Source: Callorhinchus milii
Lineage: Eukaryota
Direction: 5' to 3'
Length of the DNA stretch: 64,000 bases
Assembly (NCBI RefSeq): GCF_018977255.1
Contig: NW_024704749.1
Span: 12,896,001 to 12,960,000 of the forward strand
The notes under the pieces were generated by a model. It was not told the origin of the DNA. It saw only the letters and a list, made by a program, of their open reading frames with translations, and did not search any database. Of this stretch, positions 28,491 through 42,717 are shown in pieces. Each line of letters starts with the position of its first letter. Position 1 is the first letter of the stretch. Both the position numbers and the translations under genes were made by a program.

Positions 28491-30517
28491 GTCTGGTGAC
28501 ATTTTTGATAAGCCAAATCTTTCCTTTTATAAAGGTTGCCAAACTGCGGATTGCAATACTTCATTTTAACCTTTGGCAAACAACATCTTGCATTTATACA
28601 TCGCCCTACATGCCGGATGGCATCTCGAAGGCAGGATCTAGGTAGAACGCAGTCTCAATCAATTTATTTTATTCACAATCCTTAGCACAAGACTATCCAC
28701 AAGCAGGCACCAACTCATTAAACACAGTTTTTAATTGTACACAAAACAGTCATGACCACAGAAGGAACTATGAAAATAATGACATAACAAATGGATATGT
28801 GAATTCCTTTAAAAGCACAGAATATTTATACCATGAGTAAACTGAAACCCACAAATTGGGTATGGTTGCAGGTTTCACAAACAATTATAATGATCCCTGC
28901 ATTTGATACAGCGCCCTATCATGTCATTGAGACGTCACACGGCGCTATTATAAAGTGGAGTGACTATTTTATGTGTGAAGCAGCCATGAAGTGAACAATG
29001 TTATAATAATAATTCTTGCACTTCGTATGGCGCCTTACCTCTTTTCCCTCCTTCCCCCTGGCTCCGTGTCAGTCTTTGCCATTGTCAAGCACTCTGGGAC
29101 GCTACCCTGCATGAGGGGTGCTATATAAATGCAAGTTGTTGTTGTATCATATCGAAGGAGAGGCCCTTCACAGTCCAACATTTGGATCTATTTGAATGTT
29201 CACAATCTCAAACTCAATATATTGATTTTTTCCCCAAATGTGACAGACATCCTGATCCGACAAACCAAATGCCAAGCGGATCTTTTAATAAGAAGTTCTT
29301 GGCAGAAACAAAGGGAGAGCCAAGTGTTAATGAAGTGAGGAGGTTGGACGATCACTGATTACCAATCATTAATTAATTAATTAATCAATCATTGATGATC
29401 ACTGGATCATTACCCTAGAAGATGAAACTGGAATTTCAGAAGCAGATAATTTCTCAAATTTGGATGTCAGTGGGAGTAGTTAGCGAATATCTTGATGCAC
29501 ATGAAGCCCAATAAAGTAGGATCACCGAATAATTGGTTGAAGGGTGATTAAATATGGTATCATGCAGGTTCAACTCGTTTCAACAAAAAAAATCAATTGC
29601 AAGCAACAGCCACATTACGGGAAGTCAGGAAGGAACCTTTAACAAATGCTCTAACAACATGAGGTTCATTAACTGAGACTTTTCCAATGATCTAAAGGCA
29701 CTTTTAAAACAAAATGAACTTGTCAGCAACCTTATCCTTCTGTTCTCTTCTTCCCCAAAAGATCATTTATATTCCCGCTGGCATTTTTATCTTGAACCAT
29801 CATTTTTATCACCATGTTAGGAATGAAGCATATCCCCCAAATTTATATTGTTTTTAGGACATTACTGAGAAATAAGCTACTCACTCACTTACTCAATAAA
29901 AAAAATCATCTGTTCAAGAGCTAAACATCCATGTGGTTTATGATTTTCTGTATAATGGCATCACAGAAGCATATATGTTACTTGAATTGCAATATCTAGT
30001 TCAGCGGTGAAACTTTTTTTAAGCAATAATTTTCATTTATATAAATAGGGATAAATAGGGAATAGTGCAGATCACAGATTAGGTTTAAAGTTGAAGACGA
30101 GCACTTAGCTTCACCCTCCCTCCCCCACCCCCCAACTACTTTGCACTTTAACATTTCATACAATTATGGACAATTGAATTTAATCCCCATCCATGAAAGA
30201 GAATGAGCTAAATATATATATTGTGCGTGTTCAGCCATATGCATGCAACACTGATAAACCACTTGGGTCGACCTGCTCATAAAATGATCTATTTGTGGCA
30301 ACTCAGGGATGTAGATAAATCATTGTGCCGCACAGGCTTAATTCATCAAAACACTTACAACTGAAAGCAATTTTCACATTGATTAACACAAGTGAAACTT
30401 CTGATTAAAAGACTGTATTGTTATGCTCCAGTAGGCGATAACAAACTGGCAAACTAAATACGTTCAGTTTCTCTCTGCACTGTGTGTTCAGGTTATTTCA
30501 ACACCATTAAAGGCTTG

Positions 30518-30629
30518 ATAATAATAATAGTAATCCTTGCATTTGATATAGCGCTTTTCACGTCGGGAGGACATCCCAAAGCGCTTCACAGAACACACTG
30601 TAAAGTGAATTGACTGTATATTTGTGGGC
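30518..30629 (-). mobile_element. 5'-truncated SINE (tail only)
   Basis: Matches 10179-10290. Confidence 0.85.
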
Positions 30630-31641
30630 TTTTTAAAGCTTCTTCACATTATCAAAGGTGACTTGGCAATGCTGAATGCACTTCCTGTTGTTTCACTTTG
30701 AACTAAAAATACCAACTCTTGGAGAGTACCAAATGATTTTCCAATTTTCCAAGTCTTTCCAATTAATTTAGACACAATTGCATTTACTTATAGGCCATCA
30801 ATTCTGCAACATTAATTGAATATCAGTAATTTTAAATATTTATTTGACTTGGAAACAGTTTCATACAGTTGCTAATTTGAAGATGCTATAGATTATTTAA
30901 GAGTAAAAGTAAAGCAAAGCATTACACAGAAAACCAATTATGGAATACTCGAAATATTGTAAAATGTAAAAATGTGGATTATAGCATACAATTAAATGGG
31001 AAGTTGATGCATATTTCAGTAAATAACCTCAATAGATGTAACAAACGTTTGTGGATTTTCAATTGCTATTTGAGAAATATTGATACTATATGTACTAAAT
31101 GTTCAATTACCTTATTGTGCGGTTCAGCTATGTCACCATAAAGCCCCAAATTCAACATTCATTCCCATCAAAGGTAGATAGCAGACAATGTCTGTACCAG
31201 CACGAATCCTATACATAGATATGGCAAATGTGCCTGGATAATACAGGGGAAACATTCACTAATGTGATGTACTGGATGCACAAATGTAGCCTTTCAGTGA
31301 AATCCCTGCTCTACAACAGCCATCTCCAAAGGCCACTGGGCCAAATCTTGCTCGAGTTCAGAGCTCTTCATATCATTCTTAGCACAGAGTTTGAAAGCTA
31401 CACTGTTAATGTAAGCAATTATGCAAATGACTGCTGAATACTCCCGAGTTCTGTGCTCGAACTGAAAAGAGATTAAAAGCGCTCTGAGATGCTTCCCTGC
31501 GAGGAGGGCGCTATACAAGTGCAAGTTGTTGTTAAAAAGAAGAGGCCATTTACAACAGTTCTCAGCCAATCAGAATTTTTCACTGAACTTATGCATAATT
31601 TCCCTGCACATTAAGGTACTTTGTTTGGTGACTGCACTTAC

Positions 31642-31731
31642 CCGAAATGGATTTAGCCGAGTCAATAGTCTGAACTCGCTGTAAAGAGGCTGGAGATCTA
31701 TTGGCCGAGGAAGATCTAAGTAAATGATCCG
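31642..31731 (-). CDS. SPECC1L: SPECC1L coding exon 10: (A)DHLLRSSSANRSPASLQRVQTIDSAKSIS
   Basis: 90 bp, phase 1-1, ttacAG acceptor and GTAAGT donor. Resembles the human segment as recalled ([27 protein letters not shown]). Confidence 0.9.
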
Positions 31732-34281
31732 CTGTAAGGCAAACACAAGACAAAGAAGTGGTGCTTTGTACTCATCAAAAAAATGATAACTTTGGTTTAG
31801 AAAAAACTATAATCTGTTCCAGTTTCTCACTCCCTTTCTACCCATCCCACTTTATTTTTATGGCATGAAAGTAGAAATCTGACTATTTTCATTTTATAAA
31901 GATTATATTTGGAGCATTTGAAGAGGAAAAGTTACTGTCTCTTGAAACTAGCCACCAACAAGTGAGGCAGTCTGTTGGCAAAGATCATCCTAACTGCGTT
32001 GCAACAAAGAGATGCGATTTAACATGCCTGCTAATGGAACTCAATAAAAGAAACTCACATTGAAACAATATTAAACAGTTCACAGCATTTAAATCAATTT
32101 GGTTTTCAAGAATATCCAAATCTAAAAGACAATTTCTGGCAGTAGAACATAAAAGTAAAACAATAAAAAGAAACTTATCATTAAAATGAGTTTCCTGAGA
32201 ATGAAAAGTCTCATATTTCTCTATTTAATTTGTGACCAGTTTCTTGTGCATCGCTGGGTGTCCTGTTATCTTATTTTTCAATCAGTTTCATTCTCCTGTC
32301 TACTCTATGTTTATACATGTTGCTGATGCTTTCCTCAGGGCTCTCTGTCTTTGGTCTTCAATATCTACATGCTCCCTCTTGGTGACATCATCCTCCCGAC
32401 GTGAAAGGCGCTATACAAGTCTACTTTTGTATTGTATTTTGTATTGAATCAGCAACTAAAAATATTAAACAGAAAGTTCACACTTAATGCAATTTAAATT
32501 ATCCATGTTTGTATTTGCTAATGGCTCTAATGGAGTATCTTCTGAGACTAAAGTTGAATTAAGCACAATGTAAGTCTCTACACTGCTTTTTCCATTTACT
32601 ATTCTTAATGTAAGTTCCTTTATCAGCAGACGGAGAGAAGACAGATATTTTATAGGAAGAATCTGTCTGTTCTCACTATGTGGCTGGTTTCAGTTGTACA
32701 GTATGAATAACGATGGATGGCATGGTCTCGAATTCAGTTTAACTCAGCAATCCCTAACCTCTCATTAGCAGGTCTCAGCCAGGTGACAGAAGAACATGTC
32801 AAGCAGAAGTAGCTTCCTATCATGGAAAGAAATGAAATCCCCCCAGTAGTAGGTTTAGAAACCTGCCTGGGTGCACACCAGCTATCTGCACTCTTCCTTT
32901 AAAAGAGGTGAATTCTATAGTCAACATCAAGAGCAAAGGAGGCAAATCAATGGAAATGCAAATCAACTGAACATATAATAGCTACATGATCTTCAATAAT
33001 AGATATAACAATCTGTCATTCACACATTCATTCCAGAATTGTTTTTATTGATTACTGTTAATGTATTTCCATTAGTTGGCATGTAATTATAAAGACATTA
33101 TCCACAGAACAATAGTAAAAGGCTATTTAATTTGCTTTCATTTGTTTCTGATCATTTCCCTCACAGTTGTTAGAAGTCTCAGCTAGACTGAGTGCTGCTG
33201 ACATGATTTTCTTTAGCGTAGAGCTGATATATTAAAAGATCACAGCTTGCTATTAACTGAATGCATTTGCTGTATAACGAGAGAAGCCAAATCTGACAGA
33301 TCATTGGCTATATCTGTCTCTTGCTTCCAACGTTGCGCAATCAGGAGAGAACAGTATTAGGAATCATGTTTAATTGTGCAAACTGGACACTCGCCAATTG
33401 AAGAGCAATGAATAATGTTTCGAAAAAATGCAGACGTCCATAAATGTTTCTGTAATCTACATAGTTCTGCTTATGGCTATTTTAAACCCAAGTGTTTGAT
33501 TTCATGTAACCTTTATTAACTGGAAAGCCAATAAAGCTTTCATCTCATTGTTAGCGATGAGATGAATTGGATGTGGAGCAATGCATCAGATATGTTTTTC
33601 TCTTCTCTCCCTCTCCAGTAAACAGTTCCATTTCCAAAGATGTCCAGTGAGAAGCCACAAAATTCATCACGTAGATACACAACAGCCTGGAATTTCCGGT
33701 ATCAATTGGACTTCACGAGGGAAATTTAATATAAATACTTTGAATCGCTACAATTTTTGTATTTTAAACAACAACTTGGATTTATATAGCGCCCTCCACG
33801 CCGGACGGCATCTCAGAGCGCTTAGAGCTTTCAAAACACTAATGAAAATTTTAAAAAACTACTTTGACAAAGTATCTTTATTTATTTTAAAAAATCTGAC
33901 TCAGTATTTTATATAGTGACTTACAGTGATTTAACAAGTTATATGGCATCAAGCTACACTGCTGTTAAGGCGCTCTAAGACCTACCTGCATGGATAAGCT
34001 ATATAAATTCATTTTATTGTTGACTTTCATGTTGAAAAGATGTATCAAACCACTTCACACTGTATAAAATGTGCAATTCATCATAACAGCAACATTGTCA
34101 AAAAATAAATTACCTTTGTGGCTTTTCATTTTGATCTTTAGTCTTCATCATCAAATCTAACTCTACATTGATTCATGAGCTCAAGTATTCACACATTTCC
34201 AGTTTACTGATCAGGTTTGGTGACTGGAGCAATTTGTAAAGAGTTAGAATGTAATTTCCTGTTTCACTGAAGAAGACTCAC

Positions 34282-34372
34282 CTGGGAGAGACAAATCAGT
34301 GTAACTCTGTCTTGTGTCTGTTAGTGCTGAGAGAGGCTTTGGTGTAGAGATCGGTCCACTGATGGCATGTCT
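34282..34372 (-). CDS. SPECC1L: SPECC1L coding exon 9: RHAISGPISTPKPLSALTDTRQSYTDLSLP
   Basis: 91 bp, phase 0-1, cacAG acceptor and GTGAGT donor. Confidence 0.92.
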
Positions 34373-35240
34373 CTGTGAACATACAAGACATACATTTATA
34401 CTCAATTCTTAAAGCAAGAGTGTATTTTGAGTCCATGAAGAGATTGATATTTTTAATGAAAAGAAGAAAATCAATTACTTTTGATGAGTGGATACTGCAG
34501 CTGCTGTGGCTATAATTTGCAAATATCCAACCCTTTCCAGGCTCAAGCACCATCTACTGGTGACTGAGTGAACTGCAGCAAGTTCAGAGAAAATCTATTT
34601 CCAATTGTGAAAATCAAATTAATTTCTTGTATTAAATCAGTTTTGCAAAACATTCTGCACCAGCAATAATTATTTTAATCTCCCCGACAGCTCAATCATT
34701 TGGAAATTACAAATCCCCAAATACAACAACAAGAACCTTTACTTTCCATATAAACTTGGTGAATGTTTGACTCCAGAGTAGTAAAATCACTCATGGGCAA
34801 TTAGCCTTTTCAAAGGAAATATGGAAATTGATGTGACAGACTAACAATTCAGGTGAGATTTGTATAATGTATTCCAGGCTGACAACCTGAGTGCTTTCTA
34901 GATAAATGTTCTCCAATATTTCTAATCCAAGTTTATGCGATGTTCATCACCGGTTTTCAATTACAACAGAAACAGTAGCATAAATTTTCAATACTCGCTT
35001 AAATGGAATTTACACAAAACAGAATGAGCTGAATGGCCTCTTTCTGTATCGTTTGTTTCCGTGGGCTTCAGAAAACAATGAAAATTCATGAAAGTATCAA
35101 TTTCATGTCTATGCAGGAATACTTTGGAAAGTCAGCAACATGGACAGAGGATGGAAAAGGTATCCTCTGTGAATTCCAGCTGTATAACAACAACAAATTA
35201 TACTTGTATAATAGTGTATAAGGCACAGAGAGAGACTAAC

Positions 35241-35335
35241 CTGCATTGGTGAAACAGCAGCTGCTGGAGGTGTTTTCAAGGGGCTTGGACTGAGAGGGCT
35301 TCGAGGAATGGCAGCTGTGGTCGTACTGGGGACAA
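35241..35335 (-). CDS. SPECC1L: SPECC1L coding exon 8: (V)[31 protein letters not shown]
   Basis: 95 bp, phase 1-0, polypyrimidine tract with AG acceptor and GTTAGT donor. Confidence 0.94.
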
Positions 35336-35439
35336 CTAGAAAAAGGGGAAGAGAAAGAGACAATCCATGGTTTTATCTCAAGAAAATTAATGCATATTTT
35401 CTCAAGCTATTATGATTCTAAGATGTCAAAATAACTTTA

Positions 35440-35667
<228 letters not shown>

Positions 35668-35880
35668 TTACTTTACAATCTATACCAACATTACTTTACA
35701 AAGGAACCAGGAGAGAGTTCTCAGGTAATAATAATAATAATAATAATAACAATCCTTGCATTTGATATAGCGCTTTTCACGTCTTCTAGATGTCCCAAAG
35801 CACTTCACAGAATATACTGTAAGAGGTAGAGGAAGAAATAAGCGCTATATAAATGTAATTTTGTTGTTGCTGTTGTTATT

Positions 35881-36283
35881 GTGGAGCCCTGTAGCTCAGT
35901 GGTTAGAGCACTCGCCTCGCAAGCGAGAGACCTGGGTTCAATTCCCGCCAGGGTGAAATGTTAGGCAAGTTTCCTTACTCCATACGCCTCTGTTTAACTA
36001 GCAGTAAGTAGGAATGCAGCTGTTAGTCAATTGGAGGATCGCTTTCCAGAGGTAATAATACCTTAAAAAAAAATTTGGTCACTCAATCGATGACTGTTTG
36101 TGGGACAATGCTGTGTGCAATTGGCTGCCGCATTGCATCCACAGGATATATAGTCTAATATATATATAGTCTAATATAATATATATATACTTTACAGTAT
36201 ATACTGTGAAGCGCTTTGTGACATCTCGAAGACATGATAAGGTGCAAGAAAAGAATTATTAAATGCAAGAATTATTATTATAT
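35881..36283 (+). mobile_element. tRNA-derived SINE (longer subfamily), preceded by an inverted SINE tail at 35726-35822
   Basis: ggagccctgtagctcagtggttagagc head, extra internal segment, AT-rich micro-expansion, tail. Confidence 0.88.
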
Positions 36284-36574
36284 ATTAAGTTTCCCCAATA
36301 ATAATAGTATTAATCATTTGGATTATATCTTTCTCATATCTCATCATTCCCAGCAATTTATTTTGGATATTTTTTTTCTCGTACAAACACAAGAAAGTAC
36401 AAGAAAGTCTTGTGATGCTGGCCACAACAGCTCATCTGGATACTCATGTACAACTGCTCAATGCTGCATGTGTCGACCTATCACAGTATATCATTTTCAT
36501 TAATAGGACTATGCCAGACCTGGTTCAGCCTGAGTCAAGGATTTCAAACTCATCAAATACACTGCCACTCTAGT

Positions 36575-36742
36575 GCTAGAGGTACCATCCTTTGGATAAG
36601 ACGTTAAACCAACACAGGACAACATCCTGTCACTATGTTTAGATGTACGTTAAATATCCCTTGGTACTATTCGAGACTAGAAGAGTTTCTCCGTCCTCGC
36701 CAACAATCCCCCAAATAAAATTAAAATTTTCCTGGGTTTACT
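36575..36742 (+). mobile_element. Deu-core SINE fragment, with a paralogous copy at about 39882-40035
   Basis: Both copies share ctttggataagacgttaaaccaacaca...acaacatcct...ggtactattcga...gccaacaat...cctgggtttact. Confidence 0.65.
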
Positions 36743-37074
36743 AATTAGTTTACTCCCAGTCTCTCTCTCTCTCATTAAACAGCTTATATCTCCTTAAAGA
36801 GTAATTTCTGAGAAAAATTGTTTACTCTCTTTCTCTCTCTCCTTAAACATCTTATACATCTCTTTAGGGTCATTCCTGAGAAAATTGATGAACAATACAT
36901 TATTATATTTCAGTGTGGCCTCATCTAAACAAAAATACTTTTGACTACAATAGAATTCAACGTGAAATGCCAAGTAATGAATAAGTTAGTCAGACAGATA
37001 ACAGTGCTACATTAATCTAGCACCAGATACAACCACTCATCAAATTAAAGACTGCGCCACAACTTCCCACGTAC

Positions 37075-37250
37075 TTCCGTGTCTTTACTTCCTCTAACTC
37101 CTTGTTGAGTTTGTCAGCTTTATCCACTGACTCATGCAGTCTGCGTCTGAGATCACTGATTTCTTCTTGTGCCTCCGATTTAATATCATTTGCAATAACA
37201 ACTGCAGTTTGTAGGTCAGCCTGAAACTGCCGCCACTCAGCCGACTCTTC
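37075..37250 (-). CDS. SPECC1L: SPECC1L coding exon 6: [58 protein letters not shown]
   Basis: 176 bp, phase 0-2, AG acceptor and GTACGT donor. Coiled coil. Confidence 0.96.
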
Positions 37251-38277
37251 CTATTCAAACACAAAAACACTTTCATGAGAAACTTTTCTTAATGTCAAGA
37301 TAGAGATTTCTTCCAATCTCCTGACAAAATAACAGTTTCAACCAATATCTGAGCCTACAGTTTCCAATTTTCATTTTCTTGAAAATGACTCCGTTCAAAA
37401 TCAGTGGTTTAAACAATTAAGAGTCAATTAGTTACCTATCCAGGATAATTTGATTTTAATTTTTAATATCTGGTATAACAATATTACATAGAAACATCTC
37501 AAGGAACCTATAGCTCATACAAGGATTAGATCCAATTGTTTAAAAACAGGTTGCACGTTACATTTGATGGTTTTGTAATAAACTTGATTTTGCCAGCGTG
37601 TGTGATTCTGATCAAGATTTAAAATATTGGGTTAAATTGTAAAACCTGCATTTTATCTGTGGTAATTTTCACCACAATGAACAATTTATAAATTGATAAA
37701 TTGATATAAATTATAAATTTATAAATTAATAAATTGGCCACCAACAGTGGCCAATTTATTACAAGAAAAAAGTGTAGTTTTTATGGTGTTTAAATTTTCT
37801 TTATTAGAGATCTGTACCAATAAAACAATGTCTTTCTGCGCTTCAAGAAGGATCTCAATAACCGATTGACATAGAGACGTGATTTTTACCTCATTGAAAA
37901 GACCTTGTACTGGGAGTGACATGGGCATATTCTTTTGGGGTATCTCCTATCGTTCATGAGCTATTTTCAGTTTTGTATTTTTCGCTGGTGTGTAACATTG
38001 GGACGTCCTCCCGACGTGAAAGGCGCTCTATAAACGCAATCTTATTGTTGTTGTCGTTGTGGTGGCCACCAGGTCAAAGTGGCGCTGTGGCTTCGTGTGT
38101 CACAGCGCACACTATACACACACACACTACAGTTACGCTGGTGGCCACACCTGCTGACCGTGGCGCTGTGACATCCTGCGTGATAGAGCACGCATGTGGC
38201 TAAGCGGCAGGAACAAAATAAACAACAGACGAAACTAATCCGAGGCAACAACATCAAAATTACATTTTTAGAGCACT

Positions 38278-38338
38278 GAGTCCTCCCACAGGAGTCCGCC
38301 CACAGGAGTCCTCCCACAGGAGTCCTCCCACAGGAGTC
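38278..38338. repeat. 14-bp tandem repeat (gagtcctcccacag) x about 4.4
   Basis: Directly visible. Confidence 0.9.
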
Positions 38339-38529
38339 TAGATAAGGATGTAATGTCTGTCTGTGTGTCAATCTACATTCCACATTGGATCTGTTGGTTG
38401 CAAGCGAAGCTGGTTGTCAATAATAGGAAAGGGGAATGAGACTGCTCCAGCTTCCAGTACAATACAATAATGCCATACAGTACAGAATGATACTAAGAAC
38501 AATCGCCGCAGTAAACCAAGAGCACCCAC

Positions 38530-38603
38530 CCTGAGCTTGCGGTTAAGGATTTTAATCTCTCTCTCCATGTCATGCTTCTGGTCTTGAAGCTTTTTAACAG
38601 TGT
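38530..38603 (-). CDS. SPECC1L: SPECC1L coding exon 5: (N)TVKKLQDQKHDMEREIKILNRKLR
   Basis: 74 bp, phase 1-0, tgcAG acceptor and GTGGGT donor. Confidence 0.95.
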
Positions 38604-39431
38604 CTGCAAATGAGAAAGTACCCACAATAAATCAGAATGTTATGATTACACTAATACAATGCCAATTCTATCACAAACTTCTTTTCAAGATATACCTGAG
38701 GAATGGTCATGAAATATCAGAATAAAGTTCAGTTATGAGAATGCAGTTTTCTAGAATAATACATATAGTAAATCATATCAATTCTGCTCAAAGCAGAATT
38801 TCAATTTACTGTCAAATGATTGACATTTACATGTTTAACAAATATTCAGAACCCCAGTAAATAGTCTCATAATACCCAATCTTCAAGAAGCAGTGACTGA
38901 ATAATTTGAAATGATTGGTGTCATATTTACCACTTCTGATTTAAAACCTGACAATTTGATGATATTGAAGCACTCTGAGACACTACCCCACGTGAAGGGC
39001 GCTATATAAATGCAAGTTGTGGTTATGAAAGTAAATTACACAATAACAGCATTAAAATCAATTGAGTCAAATAATCTAGTGAGACACTCCTAGGCATGGC
39101 CCGCACATGAGAGAAAGCAATGGCCGGCTTCCCGCCTTCTCTGGCGTCTGGTGTCCGGCATTGTAATTACGCTTAGCTGCGAATTCTGCATGGCGAACAG
39201 GATCTCCCAGTTAGCCAGGGTTTATTGTTTACCCCATTTGAGAAAGAACATTATAGTATAAAGTTACCAAGTCAAATGTGTTCTTACTTAATATCCACAC
39301 AACTATGCTCAGCACGACTCATGGGATAACAATCAGGAACAGGAACTCCTAGCCCAGGAGTACTCAGAGCAACTGCTGAGATCAGTGAACTTACCGCAAA
39401 CTTCAAGAATAACGGATTTTGCTATACTTAC

Positions 39432-39639
39432 TTTCCAAATCAGAAATGATGAGATTATCATGGAGTTTGACAGTTCGATGCTGTTCCACTTCATCCTCTA
39501 GTTCAAAAATAGTCTCTTTCATGTCACTGATTTCAGTTTCCTTTTCTTCTGCTTCAGTTCGGAGTTTGTCCAGGGTCAAGTTAAGATCTTCAATCTGCTT
39601 TTTGGCAACATCCTGGAAAGTTCTATATTCATCTTCAAC
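39432..39639 (-). CDS. SPECC1L: SPECC1L coding exon 4: [69 protein letters not shown]
   Basis: 208 bp, phase 0-1, tgtAG acceptor and GTAAGT donor. Confidence 0.96.
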
Positions 39640-40724
39640 CTACAATACATTCAAGGTGCGGGAATCAGCCAATAAACAATAAACATACACTATATGGTAA
39701 GCCATGCTGTTAGTTTTCTTGGTATTGGGACAGCAGCAATGTACGTCTATTTCTCCTCCCCAACCAGCAGTTGTGCAGATGTTTCCACTGGTTTATACTT
39801 GACCCACGAGTTATGAGTTTTGCTTAGCAAGAGGCTGTGCTGGAACAGGTAGGGTCCAATTTCTGCAGCTCGCTCACTCATTCTTTGGATAAGACGTTAA
39901 ACCAACACAAAACAACATCCTCTCTGCATGTTTAGATGGAAGTTAAAGAACCCACGGTACTATTCGATACTTAGGGGGTTTCTCTGTCCTGGCCAACAAT
40001 GCCCCAGATAAAATTTAAAATTGTCCTGGGTTTACTGGGACACTCCACCAAAATTAAACATACTTCCTCAACAACAACTCGAAAACACTTAAACACTGAT
40101 GAGTAAGGTGCAATAAAGATACAAGTGCTTTTTTTTCTGAGAATCCATGATTCCTATATGGAAGTATATATCCCTAACTGATGAATTGATTTTATCAACA
40201 GAAGTTGATTTCAACATCAGCAGACAGTATAAATCCAGCACCAATCACAACAATGGCAATCACCAGTCCCCAAACTTCTGTAAATTAATTAGGATTTAAA
40301 TTGTGCGACAGGAACTTACAATACACACAAGATGAAACTAGACATCAAAGTGATGAATCATGAATGAACACCTCTTCACTTGGGAATGCCAATGCATAGT
40401 AGAGACTCCTGGAATTTTGCACCTTCTTCTCTCAACAGACATTTTTCTCAGAGGCAAAATAAAATCAACTGAATGCTGCACAACACCATCCTGGACTGTT
40501 AAAGCCATTTAATTTGTCCTGTTTACACTACATTTTGAGACATCACAAAGACTCTATACTCTGGTCTACAAGTATCTAGGGGTGTGTCTGACTTGGTGCC
40601 AGAGTGGCTCTGGGTCAGAAGGTGGTGAGTTCCTATGTCACGAAGTGGAGACTCATATCTACGTTCACCAATGGAGTGGGGGGGTGGGGGCTGCAGTATT
40701 GAAGGTGCCGTCGTTATTCTGAGG

Positions 40725-41000
40725 TTTACACAGATTTATGATGACAGTACAGCATTGAGACAGGCCACTCGACCCACCCAGTCCACATCAGTGTTTATAT
40801 TCCACAAGTCTCCAAGCATTCCTTACTCGCTGCTATAACATTCTATTCCCCGCTCCCTCTTATGAAGGTCTAGCTTCCTCTTAATAGTATATATATTCAA
40901 CCACAACTTGAACAGGAAGTTATACATTTTCACTATCCTCTGCAGGAACTAATTCCTTCTAAATTCTCTTTTACTGTCACTATCTTATACTGGTATCGCT
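40725..41000 (-). mobile_element. Decayed CR1 3' fragment, preceded by a SINE head relic at about 40590-40720
   Basis: acagcattgagacaggccactcgacccacccagtcc and ttcaaccac...ggaagttatacattttcactatcctctg resemble an antisense CR1 3' end. Confidence 0.5.
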
Positions 41001-41092
41001 GGTTACAGACTCTCAAGCGGCTACCGCATAGTTATGCTAACAAGTTAATTGGAAACCTCAAAAGTGACGATTCAATACTTTTACTATCATAC

Positions 41093-42717
41093 CTTAGTAA
41101 TGGCATCCTGCAGTCGATTGGCATCATTGCGAGTGTGGGCCAGCTCCTCCTGTAGATTATTGTACAAGGCCTCGATCCTCTCTTTGTCCAGTCGCGTGTT
41201 CTCCAATAGCTCTTGTAAATCAGACTTGTCACTCGCGTTGTGGAAAGCATACAACTCTGCCACCTTCTGCTTCTCATGTTCCAGCAGCGCCTTGAATCTG
41301 TTCACCTCAATCTGATCATTTGCCACAGTTGCTTTATATTCTTCTAAAGCCCCAGCAAGCGCTGCTTTGGCTTTTTGCTCCGATTCCATGATCCGCTCCA
41401 TGTGGTGGTTACGTTCTTTAAGTGCACCAATCAACTCCTGAGCATCCTTGTTGTCCTGCTCTGCCATTTTCAGTGTGTTGCTGAGATGCTGTTGCACTCC
41501 AAGAAGCTGCTCACGTTCAAAGCGAGCATTTTCAACCAGATCCATGTACCGTTGCTCCAGCTCCATGTAGCGGCCACTCTTCACGTCTTCATCTAGGACA
41601 TAAGAGATGTGGTGCTCATCCAGGAGCGTGCGGAAGTACTCATTCTGTCGACTGAAATGTTCCAATTTATCACTCTGCTGGCATAAAGAGTCCATCAGAA
41701 TGACCTTTTCTTCACCCAACCTCTCATTTTCAGAGTTTAGTTCCTGTGTTATCTGCTGAAGATCTGCAAGTTCCTGAAGAGTAGCTTGCAGTTCCTCTGC
41801 TGTGCTGTGCTGGTTTTCCTCCATTTGGTGAATGCGCTCTGTTAAACAAGCCACAGAAACCTCACTTGCATTGCCACTACTTCCTTTCCTGGAGCATTCC
41901 CTGCTTGGTGCACCTTCAGACTCGGAGGATGATGAGGGAGCGTCTAAAGCATCATCACTGGAGGTAAGAGGCTGGTACACCTCACTCGATTCACTGTCCA
42001 GGTTGTCCATGGAATTGCTACGGTTGTCGGTCAATGTGTTCTCATCCTGGCTTAAAAGATCTTCCATGGATCCAGGTGCCGATCCCTCCACAGAAGATGC
42101 GAAGGTGCCTCCACCATCACTCTGACTGCCCGCAGTCACTTCAGGACTCAAGGACTGATAACCAAACAGTTTTTCTGTGCTGTCTAACCTTTGCTCTAAA
42201 GAGAAGCCAAGAGCGTTCAGTCGATCCTTCAACATTCTGTTTTCATTCTTCAGTTGGTTCAGTTCATCCCGGATTGCACAGTTCTGCTCTTCCAGCTGGA
42301 GAAGGCTGGACTCCACATCTCTAGGCTGAAGCGTCGTACTCTCTTTCTCTTCAGCCTTTTCCTCTCCCTCCAATAAGTCGCTGCTCAGTCCCAGTTGTGA
42401 ACGCATGTCTCTCAATTCATTTCTCAGGTGTAGAATCTCCACGTCCTTATTCTTAGCTAAAGCCAAAAGATCCTTTACCTTTCCTTCCAAAGCCGCTTTA
42501 TCACTTATCTGGCTATCAGACTTTGACTTGCTTATTCTAGTCTCAGACTCTGTTGAAATCCGGTTACGTGAGCGTTTTGCTGCCTCGTTACCTCCCTGGC
42601 CGGCGGATGACAATTTCTTGCTTATGTTTGGTCGTGGGCGATCTCGAATTTTGTCTCTGTTTGAGGTGATGTCTTTATTTCCTGCAGATACATTCCTCTT
42701 GGCGGCAGCACTCATAC
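41093..42717 (-). CDS. SPECC1L: SPECC1L coding exon 3 (large 1625-bp exon; coiled coils and Ser-rich region)
   Basis: 542-aa ORF with [27 protein letters not shown] and [39 protein letters not shown]. Phase 1-0, cAG acceptor and GTATGA donor. Confidence 0.98.

Noticed and set aside
36751-36887. About 70-bp diverged tandem duplication; also AT-rich micro-repeats at 37684-37740 and 29350-29410
   Set aside because: Ordinary slippage products with no sign of function.
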